Part shown: positions 52,233 to 64,000 of the stretch, piece by piece | Layout: each line of letters opens with the position of its first letter | How positions within the stretch are numbered: position 1 is the stretch's first letter | Assembly: GCF_018350175.1 (NCBI RefSeq) | Contig: NC_058373.1 | Location: 106,270,001-106,334,000, forward strand | DNA: 64,000 bases | Source of the DNA: Felis catus | Taxonomy: Eukaryota | Direction of reading: 5' to 3' | Translations under genes and position numbers: made by a program | The notes under the pieces: model-generated | Told to the model about the DNA's origin: nothing | Databases searched by the model: none | Seen by the model: the letters and a program-made list of their open reading frames with translations, nothing else

Positions 52233-53327
52233 CTGTGGGGAGGAGACCAAAGCCACACACACACTTAGCACTGGCAGAACTGCCGCGGGACTCATTCCGC
52301 GGAGCCGTGGTGGCCGCAGGTCCTCACCTCGACTCAGGATTCCCAAACACCAGCGAGCAGACACAGGGCTTTGGCCAGGGCACTGGCTGCCATTGTGTTT
52401 TGCTTTGGAAGACTCTTTCCCGTCCCTGAGGACAGTTTATAAATTGCAGGTAAGAAAAGGCTGGTGAGTCTCCAGCGACCATACCTCTATGAGTGCATCT
52501 TGCGGGGCCACACCGTCTGTGACTCTGAAACAAATCTCAAAGTACAGAGGACTCTGAAATACCTGCTCCGCCTCTCTGGAAGGTACTGACTGCATGCATC
52601 TTGATACCCTGCTGACAAGGTTATGTCTTAATGGTGGCCTGGAGATGTGCACAGCAGACATGTGACTGTTCCTGCTGCTCAGAAAGGGCAGGAACAATGA
52701 AAAGGGAGGTTTCAGAGAAGTGGTACCTTCAGAAGCGTGGCGACAGGTCCAGAGACCCCAGCCAATGACAAAGGTTTCTGAGTAAAGACACGGCCTGCCA
52801 CCAAAGCCAGCAAAACTGAAAAGTTAGTAGCTATCTCAAGAATCCCTGGAGCTGACACTTGGATTAAACCATTTTGTACAACATAATTTATTCACTCCTA
52901 TTATATGATTTAAAAATACGGAATGCAGCTGTAAAAATCTAGATCACATCTCTCACTCAGTTATTTCCCTCTTTTGCTTACAAACAAAAGACTGAGTTCA
53001 AAAGAACAAAGCCACAGTGCTTCAAATATGGTACAAAATGTAAATATTTTCCATATTCCAGTCACCAGATTATGAAAAAACAAAGAAGCCTTGCTGGAGA
53101 ATGCATGCAAATTTATTCTCCAATTAGGCAAGTTACAAACGTGTTTTTGAATTGAGATACAATTGGGACGCCTGGGTGGCTCGGTCAGTTGAACATCTGA
53201 CTTCAGCTCAGGTCCTGATCTTGAGGTTTGTGAGTACAAGCCCCACATCGGGCTCTGTGCTGACAGCTTAGAGCCTGGAGCCTGCTTCAGATTCTGTGTC
53301 TTCCTCTCTCTCTGCCCCTTCTCTGCT

Positions 53328-53365
<38 letters not shown>

Positions 53366-53394
53366 AATAAACATTAAGAAATTTTTTCTAAATA

Positions 53395-53855
53395 AATACA
53401 TTGAGATATAATTGACAAATAACATGGCATAAGTTTAAGGTGTACAACATGTTGATTGGATACATTTAAATATTAGAATAAGATTGCTACCAGAACATTA
53501 AACTAACACCTCTATTATGGCACATAATTATCATTTCTTTTGTGGTGAGAACATTTAGGATCTAGTCTCTCAGCAATTTTGACGTTTATAATACAGTATT
53601 GTTGGCTACAATCACTATGCTGTGCATTAGATCTCCAGAATTTACTTACCTTCTAGTAGTGAGTTTGTACCCACCCATCAACAACATCTCTCCAGTCCCC
53701 CGACCCCCTAACCCTGGTAACCACGATTCTACTGTTTCTACAAGTTAGGCTATTTTAGATTCCACATATAAATGAGATTAAATCATATTTGTCTTTCTCT
53801 GTCTGACGTATTTCACTTAGCATAATGGCCTCAAGGTCCATCCATGTTGTTGCAA
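53395..53855 (-). mobile_element. Old L1 3' UTR fragment
   Basis: ttagattccacatataaatgagat...tatttcacttagcataatg...tccatccatgttgttgca antisense L1 3' end motif. Confidence 0.75.
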
Positions 53856-54302
53856 CAAACGGTTTTTATCGAATGTTACATGAATAAATTTTCAGAAAGA
53901 GAAAATGAGACACAAGATCCCCATCTCACACCCGAATGAAAATGGCAGTTGCTTCACGTGCGGTATACCCAAAGGCAGCTGGTTTACTAAAGGATTAGAT
54001 ATCAGTCATTTGCTCAGAGGAAAATGGAAGTGACCAGGTTGAAGAGAGCAGGAGGTGCTCCCACCATACACAGGTATGCAGCTAGCTGAAGGACCAGTAC
54101 TGAAAAGGTCACATAGCCTGTGGCAACTCTCTGACGTTCTAGAGGGGATATAAGGAGTGTTGCGGGGCAAAGTTTTAACCCTCCGCAACAGTTTTACCTC
54201 AGGCTGGCTGGAGAGGAAATCAAGGACTTAAGGGGTGGGGTGGGGGCTCTTTTATAACAGGCTGAGGATACCTCAGCAGTGTGAAGCTGGAGGAGAATTT
54301 AC

Positions 54303-54736
54303 TTTTTTATTTTATTTTTTTTTTCAACGTTTTTTTTATTTTATTTTGGGGACAGAGAGAGACAGAGCATGAACGGGGGAGGGGCAGAGAGAGAGGGAGA
54401 CACAGAACCGGAAACAGGCTCCAGGCTCTGAGCCAGCAGCCCAGAGCCCGACGCGGGGCTCGAACTCACGGACCGCGAGATCGTGACCTGGCTGAAGTCG
54501 GAGGCTTAACCGACTGCGCCACCCAGGCGCCCCGAGAATTTACTTTTTTAAAACAGTTTATTTATGTTGATGGGGGGGGGGGGTAGGGACAGAAAGAGAG
54601 GGAGAGAGAGAGAATCCCAAACAGGCTCCACATTGCAGAGCTCGATGTGGGGGCTCGATCTCATAAACCGTGAAATCATGACCTGAGCCAAAATCAAGAG
54701 TTGGATGCTTAACCGACTCAGCCGCCCAGGCGCCCC
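54303..54736 (-). mobile_element. Nested CanSINE pair (young copy in the tail region of an older copy)
   Basis: Two antisense bodies; GAGAATTTACTTTTT duplicated around the young copy. Confidence 0.9.
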
Positions 54737-55620
54737 GAGAGAACTTCCTTTTGAGCTGATCTGTCATCCTTTTCCACCGACTCCATATCCACCAGGACCT
54801 GGTCCACCAATGACATTAACACACAAGATTAGAGTAGTCTGCCATTTTGTTGGGCAAAAATTCGTTCTTACAACACTTGTGTGATGTAGGAAGTAGAGGA
54901 GAGAATCACAAGCGTGTTTCGGTGTGAAACAAAAGATTTTTCTTCTCTTGAGTGGGGCTGGTTCTACAAGTAGGTTTCCAGGGGCAAAGGAAAAGCACTG
55001 CTGCTCTAAAGCCCCTCTCTTCTCCCAGGCCCAAGCGCCAGTCACATGGACTGACATTCTAATATTAGAAATTCGCTGCTTTAGGTTAATCCTTTTTATC
55101 TTTCTTTTTAAAGAAAGGGATAATACACTGAAGATGAGCTCACCGTTAACAACAAAATTCAAATGAGTTTACCAATTGTGTTTTGTTTTAGACGAGTTTG
55201 TTGAGACAAGAGCACCAAAGTAATACTCCTTTTCAGACAGAGAAGAGGGACCGATCTTTTGGAAGACATGACAACAAGAAACCCCTGGGCCTCTGAGGGC
55301 AGGTGATAGAAGTGGGAGAAGGGATGTTCCCAGAAGCCTAGCGCCCCCCTGTTGCGGAAGGGATCTGGACTAACACATTGAGGGAAGTCCAGGCCAGCAG
55401 GGCTAAAGATCCCTAGGGAACTGAAGCCTCCTAGCATTTATTCTGTTGGGGAGGTGGGGGGAGGGAAGGAGAACAAAAAGACTAAAACATCACCATTATC
55501 TGCAGGGTTGCCTCTTTTACGTTTTATTCATTTATTCAGTATTTATTGAGTAAGAACTTTATTTTAAGTGCCAGGCTTTGTGCTAAGTCCCAGGGATATA
55601 AAAATCAATGAATTGTTAAA

Positions 55621-55621
55621 A

Positions 55622-55693
<72 letters not shown>

Positions 55694-55695
55694 AA
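55621..55695. repeat. (GAAA)n microsatellite
   Basis: Perfect tetranucleotide run. Confidence 0.95.
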
Positions 55696-56157
55696 ACCCA
55701 CCCACAAATAAGTTGTAATCTTCTATTTCATGACACCCCTAGATTCACATGGCAGACACGTTTAGAAACAAATACATTATAAGACAGAATGATTTGTGCT
55801 AAAGGGGGCACTCCTTAGTACTAGAGAAGGTGGGCTTACCTACCTCTGAGATGAGGTGAAGTGGCATGGGAGACCCTGCGAGAAACTTTCAGGCAAAGAA
55901 AATATAAAGTTTGGTATTATCAAGTGAACCCCCACTTGATAAGTCACTTAACACTTGTTAAAAACGGTGTACCCTTCTAGAAAAGCCTTCTCAGTCTCTG
56001 GATACCTGTTTAAATAGCCAAGAATGGCAGGCACCAGGTAAGGGCTTTATGTGAAGAAACTATGGGCAGAGAGTGTGAACTATCAACTAAATTAGTCTGG
56101 TGTAGTCATTACACAGCAGGTCTTTCCATCAACGTGTTAAGATTGTTGGAGATTTCT

Positions 56158-56372
56158 GGGGTATCTGGGTGGCTCAGTCGGTTGAGCGTCCAACTTTGGC
56201 TTAGGTCATGATCTCATGGTTCATGGGTTCGAGGCCGTGTCGGGCTCTGTGCTGACAGCTCAGAGCTTGGAGCCTGCTTTGGATTCTGTATCTCCCTCTC
56301 TCTCTGCCTCTCCCCCTACTCTCTCTCTCTCTCTCTCAAAAAAATAAAAAATAAAAATAAAACAAACAAAAA
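56158..56372 (+). mobile_element. CanSINE
   Basis: Typical head, CT tract and A-tail. Confidence 0.88.
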
Positions 56373-58319
56373 GATTGCTAGAGGTTTCTAATTAGGAGGT
56401 TAGCAAAAGATTCATCTTACAACATCAATGGGATGTTTATTCTGAGTACTTTTCTGATATCATAAGCTATTTACGTAGATTCTGAAATGTTCAAAGCATC
56501 CTCTGATACTATCTCATTTACACCTCACAGTCAACTCTGCTGGATAGGTCTACGTATAACAGATAAAGAAGCTAAAAGTTAAGAAACTTGTGTACTGACT
56601 AGTTAATGAGTTCAAACCCTAAGTTTGATGCTTTTTCCAGAAGAAAACAGTTGCCTCTCTCGCATTATATGGTTATAGGTTAAACATTCCCCAAAGTATG
56701 CAAAATTAATTTGAGCAACCTGATTTATTTAAATCTGCTTCCAGAGCTAGATATTGAATGTGAAAAAAACTTTTAGGTGATAACATGTCATTATCAACAG
56801 TAAATACCTATTGGCCATCTATTCATCTAGTGAAACCAAGAACGAAGAGATCATACAATTCCGTTCCTGCTTTTAAGGGACTTAAGATCTAGCTGGGAAG
56901 ACTGATGCTCATTTACAAAATGCTGAATCAGTACCAATACATTTTGTGCTGTCGGAAGTGGCAAAAGTTGAGTTCAAGGAAGGGACGGTGCTGGAATTGA
57001 TGAAAGAGGACGTGGGATGGTTTGTGAATGTAGCGAACAATTTGTTAAGGAGATGGAGTGGATAAAGGGAAATATTATGAAGGATTAGTCAACAAGAAGG
57101 GTGACTAATTAGCCGTGGGAGAAAGGAGGAAGAGCTAATTAAGGGTGAAGGCAACATTTCAAAGCTGGGTGACTGAGTGATTAATATCACTGACAAAAAC
57201 AGGAAATCGGAGTGGGAGCTGGTTTGGGATAAAGTGGACACTTGCTTTTAAACCTCCAGGTTCTAACCCGATGACATCAAAAAAGGGCATTTTGACACAG
57301 CCTAGGGCAGAGATGGGATAGGGATCACAGGTGAGATGAAGCTGACAGTTACAATACTTCCTAAATTTCGTAAAGGTTAAAAACCAAATGATTTGGGTTT
57401 TCTATAGGCTTTGTCACAGAAGCCCTGAGTTAAATGGTCAGTAATATCATACTCCAATGATATTGAGATGAATATGCACAGTAGGAAACTGGAAATGCAA
57501 GACTGAAATTTAGTAAGAAGGGCTGAATATGAGTAGAAAGCATGATTGAGGCCACAAGAGTGGAGGAAGCCCCCATGACAGGAGAGACTAAGAAACGCAA
57601 CTGAGAATGAGACCATAATTTAAGATTCAAAGAAGTAAATGGAGCATATCAAAGGAGTCCTGTCTGAGTGTCAGAATGGGTACCCCAACAGTGTAGGTTA
57701 TGGCAGTCAAGAAGAAGGAAACTTCCCAGGACAAAAGGGTAGACTACAGTGAGGGGTGCTGATGACCTAACAAGGGAAATGATAATCGAGAAAGGACCCT
57801 GGATTTGGAGACTGGAAGGTCACTCATAACTTGGCGGGGAGTACTAGCAGTAGTGAGAATGGAAGCCATATTGTAAAGCGTTGGATGAATGGTGGGAAGT
57901 TCAAAGTAATGAAGAAGATGGCAAATACAATGGTAGTTTGGGAAAGTAGCAGCAAACGCAAACCTTTAGGTTGAGCAAAGCCTGGGGATATTAATAGAAA
58001 GGGAGGAGTGAGGATCCTGGAAAGAGGGGAGATTTGGCTGAGCAAAGTCTCAGAGAAGGGGCAAAAGGATGGGATTAGCCATAGCTCTTTGTTTTCAAAG
58101 AAGGGAGAAGAATGAAAAGAATGGGCAAAGAGGGAGAGACATTTGGGGAATGTATGGGTGTGGCTACAAATATGAGTTGAGGTGGGAAGGGAACAACATA
58201 GAGTGACGTAAAGTGGCTTGAGGTAGATTTACTCAAATCCTGGAAAATGAGTTATGAGGTCTTCTTGAGACTGAGGAGGATAAGGATGGGGCTTGAAGAA
58301 TTTAGGAAAAGTCCAAACC

Positions 58320-58852
58320 TGCCTTGTTTAATACAGTAGTGATGAGCCACACGTGGCTACTGAGCACCTTAAATGTGACTAGTCCCAAATGAGACATGCT
58401 GTAAACTACCTATCGGATTTCAGACTTAATCCAAAACAAGGATGTAGATTATACATATAATACTTTTTATATTGATTTTGTTGTTGAAAGACTAGTACTC
58501 TGGATATGTTGGATTAAATATATTATCAAAATTAACTTTATCTGTTTCTTTTTTACTTTATTATTACTATTATTAATTTTATTTATTTTGAGAGAGAGAG
58601 AGAGAGAGTGGAAGGGGCAGAGAGAGGAGAGAGAAAGTCCCAAGCAGGCTCCACACTGTCAGCACAGAGCCTGACATGGGTTTCAAACTCATGAACCATG
58701 AGATCATGACCTGAGCTGAAATCAAGAGTTGAACGCTTAACCGACTGAGCCACCCAGGTGCCCCTCTTTTTACTTTTTAATGAAGAAGCTACTAGAAAAT
58801 TTAAAATTTCTAGGTAATGACTCACATTATATTTCTATCGGACAGTGCTGAT
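58320..58852. mobile_element. MER3/MER33-like DNA transposon relic interrupted by a CanSINE (58555-58764 -)
   Basis: agccacacgtggctactgagcacc...aaatgtgactagt...ggacagtgctg; antisense SINE inside. Confidence 0.65.
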
Positions 58853-61800
58853 CTAGAAAAATACAGTCTAAATTCAGAAAGCAATCAATAAAAGGACTGC
58901 CAGAAAGTAAAGAGGGTTTGGCTAAAGTCAAGGATCTCTAGTGACTGACAAGCAGCCAAGACTGTTGGAAACTGATGCGCTGGGGGAATGGCAATGGCTG
59001 CGTGTGGTCAGAGTGACAGCAAATGGCCCATGATGATTCAGTAGGAAGGGTAGGAAGTGGTGAAGTGTGATCAGAGAAGAGAATTTCTGTGTTCCAATCT
59101 GCTGTGTAAATGATGATTTTTCACATTTTAATTCTGCTTAGAGTGATGTAAACTTGTGTAGGAAGGTTATAGCAGCTGATCCAGAAAAAATGGGTATTTG
59201 AATAAACTTTCCATAAAACCAAAGTAAAAAAAATATAAGTAACTCTATAACTGCAACAAATTAACCCCCATAGTCTTTGGTAAATTACTGTATTGCTTTG
59301 TCAATTGCAAAAACCAAAGTTACTTTGCTAAAAACCAAGGAGCAATGCATCGGCTTTGAAATGAGAGATCAGTACATCCTATCAATTGATAAATGGACTG
59401 GGCTTGGTGATCTCATCTTAGTCCCCAAACCACATGTGGGAGAACCCACTGCAGCTTGCCTGGGGCTCACCTAGAACTAATTCAGTCAAGGGTGAACTGG
59501 CAGATTTGGCAGATTTGAAGATTCCTGATTTCGCATGCAGAAATCAGAGCTATCCTTACTTTCCATAATCCAATCAAGAACAGAAAAGAAAAAATAGAAG
59601 TGATCCAAGGTTTGAGTTAATAGCTAAATGGAAATAAAATGCTATGTCAAACTTCTAGAGAGAGAGCCCTTAGCTGCTGCCCAAAATGTTTTGGTTGAGG
59701 AAACCATTTTAAGTGTAGTCAATTTTATGATCCAATAGCGGTACAGTATTCAGAAAGTTTATTAAAAATGTACGAAATGAAAGGCAGTGGTGCAGCTACT
59801 CCTATTTTATTTATAAGGCAAAATGTGGTATAAATGGATAACAATGAAATGGCAATAAATTGTGCACAATTATCTGCATTATTGCACCATATTCTTAAAT
59901 GTGTTTATTTATAGTCCATCTTGGTCCAGTAAAGATTTCAGGCAGCACTGCACCACTTGCTATGTGATAAGTAAGTGCTACTTTATAAAAGGCCAAGGGA
60001 GAAAATCCTGTTTATAGATAGTATCAGCATTTCATTGAAAGGACTGTTGAAAAATTACATGCTGTTGACTTTACATTTTAGTAAGCTTCCAATAACTGAC
60101 TACAATACTTGACCACCTTCTGAAAAGGATTAGAGGCTCAAAAAACCTCACTTCTTTACAACCCAGTGTCCAAAGCAGTGACAGCCAGTTTCTCTGATTT
60201 TCACCGCTTTTTTCAGGCCAACAAAATGTCACACCATAAAGAGCTACCAAAAAAAAAAAACAGCAGTAACTTTCCCTACTTTAACTTTCCCTCGTTTGCC
60301 ATCAAACCAGAGAAACATAATGGGAACTGATGTCATACAAGACATTAAACATGCACGGTGACCTTCAAAGATGACATCTCCTAGTCAACTACTCCATGAG
60401 TTTCCTTTGCTATGAAATAGGCCCCTACATATATTTAAACTTTAAATGGTAATCCAGAGGGAAACTGCTGGAAGAGACCTTTGCTGATAAAAACACCTGC
60501 AGTGATTCCATTTTCCAGGCTCTTCCCTCTCACTGCATAAATGCAGTCAATATGACTGTGAAGAGAAAAATGCCAACACTATTATTTCTGGGTGTTTAAA
60601 TAATTCAGCAGATGTTTCGAATGAGTAGATACATTACACCTGGCATTCTGTGTAGACAGTAAAAGAACAGAGCATTTAATCCACAGGCTACTTCTAACCA
60701 GTAGGACCACATTCTCCCTGTGCTTGGAAAGGAACGCAGGGGTGCTCAGGCCCGTTGTCACCTGGATGGGGTAGAATTGGCCAGGAAATGAAACAGCAGG
60801 GCCCAGTATTGAAGACAGTGTGGCCAGATCCTCCTGCTAAATCTTTTAGCAAATGGACTCATTTGGAGGGGTCTCAACAGGGCAACTGGCATCAAAAGAA
60901 GAGATGACCATATGGAGAGAAAGACAGGCTTTGGGCACACGGTAGCTGAGGGAAGCACACAGAGAGGTTTGCAAGGTAGTAAGTAATGGATGTCCTTATG
61001 TGCTTTTCCTTTCTTTAAGCTTTCTGACTTGATCAAAATACAAAACTGTTCATTTGGTTGGTGGTAATCAGTCACAATTGTCTGGGCCCTTGTCTGGGCC
61101 ACATCTTAAAATCCATCATTGTATTGGAATAGAAAAGAACCATGGAGGTAGACAGCTATTGCTTCTTTATAGACACGGACTATATTTAAAATTTTTGACC
61201 AAAACCATAATGGCAAAATGTTTTTTGAACTAAAAAGGTAAGGCAAAGGTATGCTCTCTCATGGTACCTCTGTTCCAGTCGATAAAACATTATGTCCATC
61301 ATAATACTTGTTACCACTCTATTTGATCTTGAAAGCGAGACATACTCATTGCAAAATGGGTGGAACTGTTGATAAATTCTAAAAATTAAAGCTTGTTACA
61401 TTTGTACTTTTCATCTGTTCAAAATTAACATCAGTTTGGGCAAAGAGCTTGTAAGGAGTGCTTGAATTATAAGACAACTTCACTCAGATTTAACTTAAAA
61501 ATAGAGCTTAAACATATAGCTAAACAAATAGCTTAAACAGAACGCTACTTCTAAGTTCTAAAACCTCTATCAAATTTCTTATTTGGAATATATGCTATAA
61601 ATTTGGAATACATTTACAATGACCAAGGTTTTAATGTAATTGTTATTGTCATCTAGACAAAAGATGGCTTGTAAAGGATTATTAATGTCTAATTCTTGAC
61701 TTTCAAACTGTGAGCTTAATTATAAGGCAATCCTGTTTCTTTGAACGGTTGTGTGTACTTTCATAAGAAATGGAGAGGTGACAATATGTAAATGTTGATA

Positions 61801-64000
61801 CATGGCCAAATGCATACACAACTTAGGAAATCAAGTTGAGAAGGATGGGAAATTTTGTGGTGATGTACATTTATTTCCAAAAAGAAAGGCGATGTCCTGG
61901 GAGTTATCCACCTATGTTAGCTTTTGTTTGCTGGATTCAGTGAATTTTAGGATTTAATTCTATTGTAAGGTGATTTAAAATGTATCAATTACTTCATAGA
62001 TTCTGTTCCCAAAACGTATTAACTAGTCTAAATATGAAAGAGAAATGAGTAAAGAATATCATTTCAAACATAAGGAGAAAAGTGGGAGAGAAGGAGGCAG
62101 GGAAAGGGAGGGAGGGAGAGAAACAGAGGGAGAGAAAGAGGGAGAGAGAGGGAGAGAGAAACCTTTTAAAAATGATTAAGAAAGGGGCCTGCTCATTAAG
62201 GATGGACTAGGAATCTGCAATCATAATCCTAATGCTTTACTCATAGAGTATCAGGAATATTTTTTTTTAATTATTTTATTTTATGTTAGAGAAAGAGAGA
62301 GCACATGCAAGTGTGAGAGAGGGGCAGAGGGAGACAAGAGAGAGACTCTTAAGCAGGCTTCGTGCTCAGTGTAGAGCCTGATGCGCGGCTCAGTCCCAAG
62401 ACCTTGGGATCATGACCTGAGCCCAAATCGACCGACTGAGCCACCCAGCACCTGTGTTCTTTTAATGAACTAAATATTAATTCAGGGAAATCTGAGAAAA
62501 ATAATAGATTTGGAGATGTGGATTTAGATCAGCATTTCTGTCAAGTTTTTCTCACTTGTGATGGGTCTTCCTCTAAAAACAAAGTTAGACACTGCACAGA
62601 GTCCATGAGTACAGTCTAAAACCCAAACATGAAAGTAAAAAATTATCCTAATCTATTGATGTACCTCATAGACTTTTTCTTAATTTTAGGAAGGAATAGC
62701 TCATACAGTAAAGAAACATGTATCTGAAGTTCAGCAATTCTCGGAGTTTCGTGTCAGTTTCTTCCATTAGATTACTTCAAGTATTTTTTGAGACGCATAT
62801 AATCTTGTTTCATAAAAGCTGTTTTTGTTGCCAACCCAGTCCTCTAGCTTCACGTTACATGGTATGGAGATATTGGGCAATATTCAGCAAAATACTAACA
62901 CTGATTAACTGTAGGTGGTAGGACTTTGGGTGATTTGCGGCTTTGATTTGAACCTTTCTTTGTACAAATGGAAATTTTCATAATGTGCATGTATCACTTT
63001 TAGAGAAAAATAAAGCCATCATTCTCTCCTCAAACTTTGGAATATTCCCTTATAAAGACTCTCTTGAAAATAATCATACACTGTGACAAAGTAGAGTTTT
63101 ATTTTGCAATGGAGTAGTAACTACCCATATTTGGTATATTATCTGTATAATGAGTTTTCTTTCATTAAAAAAAAAAATCCCCAGATCCCCAGCTAAGCCA
63201 GTTTCCCCCACTGGATCTCATTACAATCTGCAGAGAGGGAGTGTGCAAGTGTAATGCTTATGTTGTAATATTTGTACAGTATTCTAATGAGATTGAGCCC
63301 AAATAGAAGGTATTTGATAAAAGGTGGTAATGATCTGCCTTCATGTATGTATTATCTTTACCAAATGCCATTTTCAAAATACAAGCATTTCTTTCAGTTA
63401 CTGTAGCTAAAACAGATATTTTTTTTCTGTGTATTCTGGGATGCTTGGCTGTTTTGAACTAGCATCTTTCAGAATGGACCACCATGAATAGCATTTCCCC
63501 AGAACACTGCAGACCAGCATAAAATATTTTATTTTATAAAAAAACAGAAACACTTTTAGTGTTTCACCCTTCATTAATATTTTACATGCTGGGAAAGCTT
63601 TAATTACAGAATGCTGCCACACAGAGTCAAGTGGGAGTTGAGCAGGAGCCCCAAACAGGTGACAAGTATCAACCCCACTGTATTACCAAGCATCCTGCCA
63701 GATGAATTTGTTGAGTACAATGATATCTGGAAAAAATTATCTTTAGAGCACGAATGGAATAACATGGATGAAGGATTTTGCTCAAATTTTATTCCCCTGC
63801 CATAGTATCATTTGGATTTAGTTAGTATAGTAAAGTCATTAAAAGCACAGGTTTCAGAATCAGACTGCCTTGTGTTTGGGACCCAGTTAAGCCCAAGGGC
63901 AAGCCCAAGCCCTCTCTGCCTCAAAACCCTCAGTTTCTTCCTCTGTAAAATGGGAGTCATACATGTAACAAGCATTTAGGATAGTTACTGGGACATAGCT

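Noticed and set aside
52233..64000. Upstream RTN1 exons, such as the RTN1-C first exon
   Set aside because: No matching coding sequence or CpG-rich promoter seen; presumably beyond the window

Overview
Eukaryotic (mammalian) DNA, almost certainly a felid: it is dense in tRNA-derived carnivore CanSINEs, including young Felis-type copies, plus carnivore L1 3' ends. It holds parts of two minus-strand genes in the order I recall from human 14q23. RTN1 contributes its six reticulon-domain exons and 3' UTR (about 42050-52232). CCDC175 contributes coding exons 1-7 (23764 to 2012) and continues past the left edge. All 13 exons were rebuilt by hand; every internal junction is GT-AG and the phases are consistent. 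Between the genes lies a full-length but disabled PGK1 processed pseudogene, inserted with a target-site duplication into an older antisense L1. The rest is SINE, LINE, LTR and DNA-transposon debris and microsatellites. Most ORFs in the supplied track are SINE/L1 artefacts. I found no evidence of a novel biological system. The most interesting points are local: an RFX X-box plus half-CRE at the CCDC175 start, the retrocopy's architecture, a twin-primed L1, a three-level nested insertion, and inverted SINEs around CCDC175 exons. Gene and repeat-family names come from recall of the sequences, not from a database search; repeat boundaries are approximate.
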